From Thermoanaerobaculia bacterium (GTDB lineage: Bacteria > Acidobacteriota > Thermoanaerobaculia > Gp7-AA8), in NCBI GenBank assembly GCA_035536275.1, contig DATLOL010000031.1:5130-69129 (forward strand): a DNA stretch of 64,000 nt, in the 5' to 3' direction. The notes under the pieces were generated by a model, which was not told the origin of the DNA, did no database searches, and was given only the letters and a program-made list of their open reading frames with translations. Positions 49,574 to 58,580 of this stretch are shown here, piece after piece. Position 1 is the first letter of the stretch. Every line of letters begins with the position of its first letter. Position numbers and translations under genes: made by a program.

Positions 49574-51708
49574 CCTCTGTCGCCGAAGCTCCTCCCGCCG
49601 CCGCCGGTGCATTTTCGATCGAGCGGGAGGGCGACCTGGCCATCGTCTGGTTCGATCTGCCGGGTGAGAAGGTCAACAAGCTGTCGACTCCGGTTCTGAA
49701 CGAGTTGTCGGGCGTCCTCGACCGCATCGCCGCGAGCGATGCCAAGGCGGTGATCATCGCCTCGCGCAAGAAGGGCATCTTCATCGCCGGCGCCGACGTG
49801 ATGGAGTTCACGAAGGTGACTGGCGCCGAGATGGCCAAAGGCTACGTGCTCCTCGGGCAGCAGGTGTTCACGAAGCTGCAGAACCTCAAACAGGTCACCG
49901 TCGCCGCGATCGACGGCATGGCCCTCGGCGGCGGCTGCGAGCTCGCCCTGAGCTGCGACTGGCGGGTGATGTCGGACTCGCCGCGCGCGCAGATCGGATT
50001 GCCCGAGGTGAAGCTGGGGATCTTTCCGGCGTGGGGCGGGACCAGCAAGCTCCCGCGCCTGATCGGGCTTCCCGCGGCGCTGGACATCATCCTCAACGGC
50101 AAAGCGCTGGACGGCAAGCGCGCCAAACGCGCGGGGCTCGTCGACGAGACGGTGGAGTCGGGAATCCTGCTCGACGTCGCGAAAAAGTTCGCCGCACGCG
50201 GCAAGCGTCGCGGCGGTGTCCGGACCAAGTTCTACGTCGAGGGCAATCCGCTCGCGCGCAACGTGATCTTCGGCAAGGCCCGCAAAGCCGTGATGGCGCA
50301 GACGAAGGGGCACTATCCCGCGCCGCTGAAGGCCATCGACGTCATGGAGTATGCGATGTCGTCCGGCGTCGAGCGCGGCATGCAGCGCGAGGCGGAAGAA
50401 GCGGCGGCCCTCGTCAACAACGACGTGGCCCGCAACCTCGTGCAGCTCTTCTTCCTCATGGAAGAGTCGAAGAAAGATCCGTTCGACGTCAGACCGCGCG
50501 ACGTCAGCTACGTCGGCGTCCTCGGCGCAGGCGTCATGGGCGGGGGCATTGCCCAGATCGTCGCCGACAAGACCGACGCCGACATCCGGATGCGCGACAT
50601 CAACTGGAACGCCATCGGCGGCGGTATGAAGGCCGCGGCGCGCGTGTGGAAGAAGAAGGTGGAGCGCCGCCGCATGACTCGCGGCGAGATGCAGCGCAAG
50701 CTCGCGCGCATCACCGGCACCACCGATTGGAGCGGCTTCTCGCGCGCGGATGTCGTCATCGAGGCCGTCGTGGAGAGCATCCCCATCAAGCGCCAGGTCC
50801 TCGCCGAATTCGAGGCCCTGGCCAAGCCGGGTGCGATCTTCGCCACGAACACGTCCACGATTCCCATCACCCAGATCGCGGCCGAGGCGACGCATCCCGA
50901 GAATGTCGTGGGGATGCACTTCTTCAATCCCGTCGACCGCATGCCGCTGGTCGAAGTGATCCGCGGCGAGAAGACATCCGATCTGGCGATGGTCACGACG
51001 GCCGCGCTCGCGCGGAAGCTCGGCAAGACGGTCGTCTACTGCAACGACGGCCCGGGCTTCGTCGTGAACCGCATCCTCGGCCCGTACATGAACGAGTCGG
51101 GCTTCCTGCTCGAGGAAGGGAACTCCATCGAGTCGCTCGACAAGGCCATGGTCGACTTCGGGATGCCGATGGGGCCGATGGCGCTGCTCGACGAAGTGGG
51201 CATCGACGTCGCGGCCAAGGTCGCGAACATCCTCACCGAGGCGTTCAAGGACCGCCTCGAGAAGTCGACGGTGGTGGAGAAGCTGTACGCGGACGGCCGG
51301 CACGGCAAGAAGAACGGCAAGGGCCTCTACCTGTACGACGACGGCAAGCGCAAGGGTCCCGACCCGTCGGTCTACAAGGTGCTGGGCATCCGCTCGCCGA
51401 AGGAGGCCGAGGCGAAGGCGGTGGTCGAGCGGATGGTGCTGGCCATGATCAACGAGGCCTCGCTGATCCTCGACGAGAAGATCGTCGCGTCAGCGGCGGA
51501 GCTCGACCTGGCCATGATCATGGGCACCGGCTTCCCGCCGTTCCGCGGAGGGCTGCTGCGCTACGCCGACTCGCTCGGCGTGCCGTACGTCGTGTCGCGC
51601 CTCGACGAGTTGTCGTCGCGCGTGGGTCCACGGTTCCGTCCGAACGAGCCGCTCAAGCGGCTGGCCGCGCGTGACGGGAAGTTCTATCAGACGTACGTGC
51701 GTTCGTGA
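49570..51708 (+). CDS. Fused enoyl-CoA hydratase / 3-hydroxyacyl-CoA dehydrogenase (FadB/FadJ-like)
   Basis: Track ORF with an ATGA overlap. It has a crotonase-fold N-terminus (AAIDGMALGGGCELAL) and the Rossmann motif GVLGAGVMGGGIA. Confidence 0.9.
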   Translation: MTSVAEAPPAAAGAFSIEREGDLAIVWFDLPGEKVNKLSTPVLNELSGVLDRIAASDAKAVIIASRKKGIFIAGADVMEFTKVTGAEMAKGYVLLGQQVFTKLQNLKQVTVAAIDGMALGGGCELALSCDWRVMSDSPRAQIGLPEVKLGIFPAWGGTSKLPRLIGLPAALDIILNGKALDGKRAKRAGLVDETVESGILLDVAKKFAARGKRRGGVRTKFYVEGNPLARNVIFGKARKAVMAQTKGHYPAPLKAIDVMEYAMSSGVERGMQREAEEAAALVNNDVARNLVQLFFLMEESKKDPFDVRPRDVSYVGVLGAGVMGGGIAQIVADKTDADIRMRDINWNAIGGGMKAAARVWKKKVERRRMTRGEMQRKLARITGTTDWSGFSRADVVIEAVVESIPIKRQVLAEFEALAKPGAIFATNTSTIPITQIAAEATHPENVVGMHFFNPVDRMPLVEVIRGEKTSDLAMVTTAALARKLGKTVVYCNDGPGFVVNRILGPYMNESGFLLEEGNSIESLDKAMVDFGMPMGPMALLDEVGIDVAAKVANILTEAFKDRLEKSTVVEKLYADGRHGKKNGKGLYLYDDGKRKGPDPSVYKVLGIRSPKEAEAKAVVERMVLAMINEASLILDEKIVASAAELDLAMIMGTGFPPFRGGLLRYADSLGVPYVVSRLDELSSRVGPRFRPNEPLKRLAARDGKFYQTYVRS

Positions 51709-51715
51709 GGAACGC

Positions 51716-51811
51716 GTGTCATCCCGAGCCGCGCAGACGGCGCGGGATCCCCTGCAGACGCACGATGGTCGTGCAGCCGCAGGGGATCCCGCGCGTCGCG
51801 CGGGATGACAC
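51716..51811. repeat. 96-nt nested inverted repeat (REP-like intergenic element)
   Basis: The outer stem is GTGTCATCCCG (51716-26) with CGGGATGACAC (51801-11). The inner 16-bp stem is GCGCGGGATCCCCTGC (51740-55) with GCAGGGGATCCCGCGC (51779-94). The apical hairpin is GCACGA-tgg-TCGTGC (51760-74). Confidence 0.85.
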
Positions 51812-51832
51812 GAAAGTGCAGTTCCTCGCCGC

Positions 51833-53596
51833 ATGAGCTTCGCGCTTCCACCCGACCCGCTGACGCGCCGCCAACGCGCGATCGTGGCGACGCTCGCCCT
51901 TTTCTGCGCCGCCACGCGCTTCCTGGCCATGGCCCGCTCCCTCTGGGACTGGGACGAGGCGCTGTTCACGATGGCCATGGCCGACTACGACGTCACCATG
52001 CACCATCCGCATCCGCCGGGCTTTCCGGCCTACATCGCCATGGCCAAGGTGATGCGGCTGGTCATCGGCGACGACTTCCGCGCGCTGCAGAGCGTGAATC
52101 TCATCGCCGCGGTGCTGGTCTTTCCGGCGATGTTCCTCTTCGCCCGCGAGCTGCGGCTGCGCTTTTCCACGGCTGCCTCCGCGGCCGCGGTCTTCGCGTT
52201 CTTCCCGAACGTCTGGTTCTTCGGCGGCGGCGCGTTCAGCGACGTTCCCTCGATCGTGCTGGTGCTGTTCGCGGTCGCATTTCTCCTGCGCGGCATCCGC
52301 GATCGGAACTCGTACTTTTTGGGCACGCTGCTGCTCGCGGTGGCCATCGGCATCCGCCCGCAGAATCTCCTCGTCGGCCTCGTGCCCGGAATCCTGGCCA
52401 CGCGCAAACGACGCTGGTGGGAGATCCTGGTCGCGCTGCTGATCGGCGTGACCGTCGTCGGCATCGCGTTCGGCGGCGCCATTCACGCAACCGGATCTCT
52501 GAAGGAGTACACGCGCATGGTGCGCGAGCACGGCGACTACATCTCGCGCGTCGACTCGTTCCGCGCCGAGGCACGGCCGCCGCTGTGGCGGATCTTCGAC
52601 CGCTTCTTCATCAAGCAGTACCAGTCGCCGATCCTCAGCATCATCGCCTCGATCTTCGTCGTGATCTCGATCGTCGGGGCGATTCGCGAACGAAGCCGTC
52701 CGCTGCTGCTCAACACGCTGACCTTCGGCGCCTTCGCGATCTTCGCCTGGCTGATGCTCGACCGCTTCAGCATCAGCCGCTTCTCGATCGGCTACCAGCC
52801 AATGTTTGCCGTGTTCGTCGCGGACGGGATCGCGCGCGTCGGGCGGCGTCGCGAGTGGATGCTCTCCACGGCGATTGTCGCCGCGTTCATCGTCTACACG
52901 TTCCCCGCGCTGACGCCGGTGCGGAACGAGGTCGCGCCGTCGATCGTCGCCGCGAGCACCGCCGCGCAGCGCATCGATCCCCGCCGCGAGCAGCTTTTCG
53001 TCGGCCACACGATGCTCGTGTTCATGGATCTGCTGGCGCCCGATTTCCCGTACACACGCGTGGTCGACGACCGCGCCCTGCCGATGGAGCAGAAAGACCA
53101 GTCCTGGTTGCTCGCCGAGATCACGACCACGCGCGACGAGGGCCTCGTCTTCCGCCGCCAGCGCGGCGCGCTCTGGAACATCGCCCGCCGGCACTATTTC
53201 GACATCAAGCTCGCGCCGTTGCACGACCGGGCTCAGTTCGTCTCCGGCTGGTATCCGCCCGAGTCGGAGGAGTCGCACCAGTGGCGCTGGATGAGCGGCC
53301 GCTCGGTCACGATGCTCCCGCCCGGCAAGGGGGAGATGCTCCTGCGCCTGCACCTCGGCATCCCCGGCGAACTGGTGGAGCAGCGTCCCGAGATCACCAT
53401 CCGCGTCAACGGCCAGCGCCTCGACACGATCATCGCCACCCACGATTCCATCGAGCGCGACTACCACGTCGTGCGGCCCGCGCCAGAAGGCCAGCCGAAC
53501 ACTCTCGAGCTGTCCATCGACCGCACCGTTCCCTCCGGCGAGCCGCCGCGCGACGTCGGCCTGCGGTTGCGCTATCTGGCGTGGGGACCGGCGTGA
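51833..53596 (+). CDS. Polytopic membrane glycosyltransferase-like protein (GT39/ArnT/DUF2723-like)
   Basis: Track ORF. WDWDEALF..HPHPPGFPAY is typical of the first loop of PMT/ArnT-like enzymes. There are about ten TM segments and a soluble C-terminal domain. Confidence 0.7.
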   Translation: MSFALPPDPLTRRQRAIVATLALFCAATRFLAMARSLWDWDEALFTMAMADYDVTMHHPHPPGFPAYIAMAKVMRLVIGDDFRALQSVNLIAAVLVFPAMFLFARELRLRFSTAASAAAVFAFFPNVWFFGGGAFSDVPSIVLVLFAVAFLLRGIRDRNSYFLGTLLLAVAIGIRPQNLLVGLVPGILATRKRRWWEILVALLIGVTVVGIAFGGAIHATGSLKEYTRMVREHGDYISRVDSFRAEARPPLWRIFDRFFIKQYQSPILSIIASIFVVISIVGAIRERSRPLLLNTLTFGAFAIFAWLMLDRFSISRFSIGYQPMFAVFVADGIARVGRRREWMLSTAIVAAFIVYTFPALTPVRNEVAPSIVAASTAAQRIDPRREQLFVGHTMLVFMDLLAPDFPYTRVVDDRALPMEQKDQSWLLAEITTTRDEGLVFRRQRGALWNIARRHYFDIKLAPLHDRAQFVSGWYPPESEESHQWRWMSGRSVTMLPPGKGEMLLRLHLGIPGELVEQRPEITIRVNGQRLDTIIATHDSIERDYHVVRPAPEGQPNTLELSIDRTVPSGEPPRDVGLRLRYLAWGPA

Positions 53597-53628
53597 TAAG
53601 TATTGGTCCGCTGTTGGAGAACTTTTGA

Positions 53629-56600
53629 ATGACCATGACCGCTGAAGAACGCCAGGTCGACCTGGTCGACCGGCTGGCGGCGGAGGCCCGTCGCCGCGTC
53701 CCGCCCGAGCAGGGCGACAGCATCGAGCATTTCGTGCGGCGCTACTTCGCGCACGTCGCGCCCGACGACGTGATCTACACCTCCTTCGAGACCCTCCTCG
53801 GCGGCGTTCTCTCGCTCTGGGAGTTCGGCGCCGAGCGCGTCCCCGGCACACCCAAGGTCCGCCTCTTCAACCCCGCCGCCGAGAAGACCGGCTGGGGACT
53901 CGAGCACACCGTCATCGAGATCATCAACGACGACATGCCGTTCCTCGTCGACTCCGTGAGCGCGGAGATTCATCGCCGCGATCGCAAGATCCACCTGCTC
54001 CTGCATCCGGTCATCCGCACTACCCGCGACGCCTCCGGGCAGCGGCTCGAAGTCAGCGACACGCGACACGCGCCCACCGAGGCCGTGGTCGAGTCGCACA
54101 TGCACGTCGAGATCGACCAGGAGACCGAGCCCGCCGAGCTCGAGTCGATCCGCGCTTCGCTCGAGAACATCCTTCGCGAGGTTCGCCTCGCCGTCGCCGA
54201 CTGGCGCCAGATGCGGCAACGCATGCAGGAGAACGTCGCCGAGCTCCAGGAGGCAAAGCTCCCGATGCCGGCCGAGGAAGTGGCCGAGGCCCGCGAGTTC
54301 CTCAAGTGGATCGACGATGGCAACTTCATCTTCCTCGGCCATCGCCGCTACACGTTCAAGACGCGCGATGACAAGGACTATCTCGCGCCGCTGCCGGAAA
54401 CGGGGCTGGGCATTCTCCGCGACATCCGCCCCGAGTCGGTCGAGCGCGGCAAGGAGCCGCTGTCGGCGGAGTTCAGCGCGTACGCCCGCAAGAAAGACCT
54501 GATCATCGTCACGAAGGCGAACAGCCGGAGCCTGATTCACAAGCCCGTGCCGATGGACCGCATCGGCGTGAAGCGCTACGACGAGGCGGGGAATCTCATC
54601 AGCGAGGACCGCTTCCTCGGCCTCTTCACCTCCGCCGCGTACAGCGGCAGCGTGTTCCACATCCCCATGCTCCGTCTCAAGGCCAAGCGCACGCTGGACC
54701 GCGCCGGCCTCGATCCGCGCTCGCACAACGGGAAGGCGCTGGTCGACATCCTCGAGACTTTCCCGCGCGACGAGTTCTTTCAGATCACCGACGCCGAGTT
54801 GTTCGACATCGCCCGCGGCATCCTCCTGCTGCAGGAGCGCCAGCGCGTGGCGCTGTTCGTCCGCCGCGACGTCTTCGAGCGCTTCATCGCGGCGTACGTG
54901 TTCGTGCCACGAGACCGCTACACGCCCGAGTTCAAGGATCGCGCGAAGGCCGTGCTCGAAGAGGCGTTCGGCGGCCGCGACTCGCAGGTCTACGATCACG
55001 TGACCACCTCCGCGCTCGCGCGCGGCCTGTTCATCGTACGCACGACGCCTGGCAGGATCCCCGACGTCGACGTGCGCCGCGTCGAGGCCCAGATCGGCGA
55101 AGTGGCGCGCACGTGGGGCGACCGCCTCCTCGACGCGCTCATCTCGCGGCAGGGTGAGGAAGTCGGCATCGACCTCCATCACCGCTACAAGAAGGCATTT
55201 CCGCTGGCGTATGCGGAGCGCTTCTCGGCCGAGGCCGCGCTGTACGACATCAATCACGTCGAGCACGTGCTGGCGACCGGCGATCTGGTCGTCGATCTCT
55301 ATCGCCACCGCTCCGACGACCGCCAGTTCCACTGCAAGATCATTCACGCCGGTGCGCCGGTGCCGCTCTCCGAGATCATGCCCCGTCTCGAGAACATGGG
55401 TCTCAAGGTGCTGGCGGAGGTGCCGTACGAGGTCCGGCCCCTCGGCTCGAATCAGGTCGTGCGCATCCGGGACTTCAGTCTCGACGCGGAAGGGATGCAG
55501 GACGACCTCGCGCCGGTCAAGGACCTGTTCCAGGAGGCGTTCATCCGCGTGTGGACGCGTCAGGCCGAAAACGACGGCTTCAACCGGCTCGTCCTCGGCT
55601 CGCAGCTCGAGTGGCACGAGGTGGTCGTTCTGCGTGCGTACGCGAAGTACCTGCGGCAGATCGGCATCACCTTCAGCGACACGCTGATCCAGCAGACCCT
55701 GGCCAGGCATCCCGCCATCACGCGCTCGATTCTCCAGTTCTTCAAAAACTACTTCGATCCGTCGATCGGCGACGTTGGCATGGGCCGCAAAGGCGCGGCT
55801 CTCGGCATCCGCTCACAGATCGAGGACGCCCTCAACGGCGTCACCAATCCGGACGAGGACCGCATCCTCCGTCTGTACGTCGCGCTCATCGAGGCCACGC
55901 TGCGCACGAACTACTTCCAGCGCGATGCGCAGGGCGAGCGCAAGTTGTACGTTTCGTTCAAGTTCGATTGCGCGCTCGTGCCCGATCTTCCGCTCCCGCG
56001 GCCCCTGTACGAGATCTTCGTGTATGCGCCGTGGATGGAAGGCATCCATCTGCGCGGCGGCCGCGTCGCGCGCGGCGGCCTGCGCTGGTCCGACCGCCGT
56101 GAAGACTTCCGCACCGAGATCCTCGGTCTGATGAAGGCGCAGATGGTCAAGAACGTCGTCATCGTGCCGGTCGGCTCGAAGGGCGGCTTCGTCGTGAAGA
56201 ACCCATCCACGGATCGCGCGCTGTTTCAGCAGGAAGGCATCGAGTCGTACAAGACCCTGCTCCGGGGCATGCTCGACATCACTGACAACCTGCGGGGCGA
56301 CGCCGTCATCCCGCCGAAGGACGTCGTCCGCCGCGATGGCGACGATGCGTATCTCGTCGTCGCCGCGGACAAGGGCACGGCCACGTTCTCCGACATCGCT
56401 AACGGTATCTCTGGCGAGTACGGACACTGGCTCGGCGACGCGTTCGCGTCCGGCGGCTCCGCGGGCTACGACCACAAGGGGATGGGCATCACGGCGCGCG
56501 GCGGATGGGAGGCGGTCAAGCGCCACTTCCGCGAGCTGGGCGTGAACACGCAGGAAGAAGACTTCACCGTGGTCGGTGTCGGCGACATGTCGGGCGACGT

Positions 56601-58455
56601 GTTCGGCAACGCCATGCTCCTCTCACCGCACATCCGCCTCCAGGCGGCGTTCAACCACTCGCACATCTTCGTCGACCCGAGTCCCGACGCGGCGAAGAGC
56701 TTCGCCGAGCGCCGGCGGATGTTCGACAACCGCCTGAACTGGAACGGCTACAACGCCGAGCTGCTGTCGAAGGGCGGCGCCGTGTTCGAGCGCAGCGCGA
56801 AAACGGTCACGGTCTCGGAGGAAGTGCAGGCGCTGTTCGAGCTGCCGAAGAAGATCGTCACCCCGCAGGAGCTGATGCGCGCGATCCTGCTCGCCAAGGC
56901 CGACCTGCTGTGGCTGGGCGGCATCGGCACGTACGTCAAGGCATCGTGGGAAGATCACGCCGCCGCGCGCGATCGCGCCAACGACGCCATCCGCGTCGAC
57001 GGCAGCGAGCTGCGCGTCCGCGTCGTCGGCGAGGGCGCGAACCTCGGCTTCACCCAGCGCGGGCGCATCGAGTACGCGCTGAGCGGCGGTCACATCAACA
57101 CCGACGCCATCGACAACTCCGCCGGAGTCGACACGTCCGACCACGAGGTCAACATCAAGATCGCGCTCTACGACGCGATCGAGCGCACGGAGCTCGGCGG
57201 CATCGAGGAGCGCAATCAGATCCTCGCCGAGATGACCGACGACGTGGCCGCGCTCGTCCTCCGCGACAACTACGAGCAGACCCAGGCCATCAGCATCAGC
57301 CACGCGCTGGGCGAGGGCATCCTCGACACGCAGGCGCGCTTCATGCGCGGCCTGGAGAAGATGGGCAAGCTCGATCGCGCGATCGAGGGACTGCCCGACG
57401 ACGAGACCGTCGCCGACCGCCACACCCAGGGCATCGGCCTGACCCGGCCGGAGCTCGCGATCCTCCTCGCGTACGCGAAGATGGTCCTCTACGAAGACCT
57501 GCTCAAGTCCGATCTGCCGGACGATCCGCAGCTCGTCGACGATCTGGTCCTCTACTTCCCCGACGAGCTGCGCGGACGCTTCCGCGGCGCGATCGACCGG
57601 CATCGCCTGCGCCGCGAGATCATCGCCACGGTGGTGACGAACGCCATGATCAATCGCGTCCGTCCGACGTTCGCCTGGCAGATGTGCGACGAGACCTCGA
57701 AGCCGCCGCCGGACATCGCCCGCGCCTTCATCGTCATGCGCGACTCGTTCGACCTGCGCACGATCTGGGCGGACATCGAGACGCTCGACAACAAGCTCCC
57801 CGCGAGCGTGCAGACGGAGATGATGATCTCCGTGGCCCGCCTGCTGGAGCGGGCGATCCTCTGGCTCCTGCGCACCACGTACGAGAAGCTCGACATCGCC
57901 GCCTACGTGAACGAATTCAAGCCGCGCATCGCCGCGATCCAGAACCGGCTCGTACAGATCCTGCCCGCGTCGAGCCTGGCCACCGTGCGCGTGCGCCAGG
58001 CGGAGCTGATGGAGGATGGAATCCCGGAGGAGCTGGCGCGACGCGTGGCCAGCCTCGACGTGATGAGCTCCGCCATGGACATCATCCGCATTGCCCGCAC
58101 CGACGCGGCCCACGGCGTGGAGGACGTCGCGCGCGTCTACTTCGGCGTCGGCGCGCGTTTCTCGCTCGACCGCCTGCGCAGCGCGACCAACAACATCTCC
58201 GCCGAGACGCCATGGCAGAAGACGGCCCTGCTGGCTCTGGTCGAGGATCTCTTCAACTATCAGAGCGCGATGGCCTCACGCGTGATCACGGAGGCGGACG
58301 GCGCGCCCGATCCCGTCGACGCCTGGCTGTCCAAGCGCCCGCGCCTCGTCGAGCGTGTCGATCAGACCATGCACGACTTCCGCGCCGCACCGACCGTGGA
58401 CCTGGCCATGCTGACCGTGGCCTCGCGGCAGTTCCGGATCCTGGTGGAGAGCTAG
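53629..58455 (+). CDS. gdhB: NAD-specific glutamate dehydrogenase, large (~180 kDa) class
   Basis: Track ORF of 1608 aa. The size and conserved core (GGLRWSDRREDFRTEILGLMKAQMVKN, VGVGDMSGDVFGN, GANLGFTQRGRIEY) match the large bacterial NAD-GDH family. Confidence 0.92.
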   Translation: MTMTAEERQVDLVDRLAAEARRRVPPEQGDSIEHFVRRYFAHVAPDDVIYTSFETLLGGVLSLWEFGAERVPGTPKVRLFNPAAEKTGWGLEHTVIEIINDDMPFLVDSVSAEIHRRDRKIHLLLHPVIRTTRDASGQRLEVSDTRHAPTEAVVESHMHVEIDQETEPAELESIRASLENILREVRLAVADWRQMRQRMQENVAELQEAKLPMPAEEVAEAREFLKWIDDGNFIFLGHRRYTFKTRDDKDYLAPLPETGLGILRDIRPESVERGKEPLSAEFSAYARKKDLIIVTKANSRSLIHKPVPMDRIGVKRYDEAGNLISEDRFLGLFTSAAYSGSVFHIPMLRLKAKRTLDRAGLDPRSHNGKALVDILETFPRDEFFQITDAELFDIARGILLLQERQRVALFVRRDVFERFIAAYVFVPRDRYTPEFKDRAKAVLEEAFGGRDSQVYDHVTTSALARGLFIVRTTPGRIPDVDVRRVEAQIGEVARTWGDRLLDALISRQGEEVGIDLHHRYKKAFPLAYAERFSAEAALYDINHVEHVLATGDLVVDLYRHRSDDRQFHCKIIHAGAPVPLSEIMPRLENMGLKVLAEVPYEVRPLGSNQVVRIRDFSLDAEGMQDDLAPVKDLFQEAFIRVWTRQAENDGFNRLVLGSQLEWHEVVVLRAYAKYLRQIGITFSDTLIQQTLARHPAITRSILQFFKNYFDPSIGDVGMGRKGAALGIRSQIEDALNGVTNPDEDRILRLYVALIEATLRTNYFQRDAQGERKLYVSFKFDCALVPDLPLPRPLYEIFVYAPWMEGIHLRGGRVARGGLRWSDRREDFRTEILGLMKAQMVKNVVIVPVGSKGGFVVKNPSTDRALFQQEGIESYKTLLRGMLDITDNLRGDAVIPPKDVVRRDGDDAYLVVAADKGTATFSDIANGISGEYGHWLGDAFASGGSAGYDHKGMGITARGGWEAVKRHFRELGVNTQEEDFTVVGVGDMSGDVFGNAMLLSPHIRLQAAFNHSHIFVDPSPDAAKSFAERRRMFDNRLNWNGYNAELLSKGGAVFERSAKTVTVSEEVQALFELPKKIVTPQELMRAILLAKADLLWLGGIGTYVKASWEDHAAARDRANDAIRVDGSELRVRVVGEGANLGFTQRGRIEYALSGGHINTDAIDNSAGVDTSDHEVNIKIALYDAIERTELGGIEERNQILAEMTDDVAALVLRDNYEQTQAISISHALGEGILDTQARFMRGLEKMGKLDRAIEGLPDDETVADRHTQGIGLTRPELAILLAYAKMVLYEDLLKSDLPDDPQLVDDLVLYFPDELRGRFRGAIDRHRLRREIIATVVTNAMINRVRPTFAWQMCDETSKPPPDIARAFIVMRDSFDLRTIWADIETLDNKLPASVQTEMMISVARLLERAILWLLRTTYEKLDIAAYVNEFKPRIAAIQNRLVQILPASSLATVRVRQAELMEDGIPEELARRVASLDVMSSAMDIIRIARTDAAHGVEDVARVYFGVGARFSLDRLRSATNNISAETPWQKTALLALVEDLFNYQSAMASRVITEADGAPDPVDAWLSKRPRLVERVDQTMHDFRAAPTVDLAMLTVASRQFRILVES

Positions 58456-58465
58456 TCGCTCGCAT

Positions 58466-58544
58466 CGTCCTGTGGAGCGCGGCCGCTTCGGCCGCCGAAT
58501 CGCTCTCTGCCGGCGGCCGAGAGCGGCCGTCGCTCCACAGGACG
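58466..58544. terminator. Branched GC-rich inverted repeat between convergent genes (possible bidirectional terminator or structured RNA)
   Basis: A 14-bp outer stem, CGTCCTGTGGAGCG (58466-79) with CGCTCCACAGGACG (58531-44), encloses two hairpins. These are CGGCCG-ctt-CGGCCG (58480-94) and CGCTCTC..GAGAGCG (58501-25). No U-tract is present. Confidence 0.35.
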
Positions 58545-58580
58545 CGAGGCGGAGCAATCAGCGCTGCCGGCCGTGCCGGC

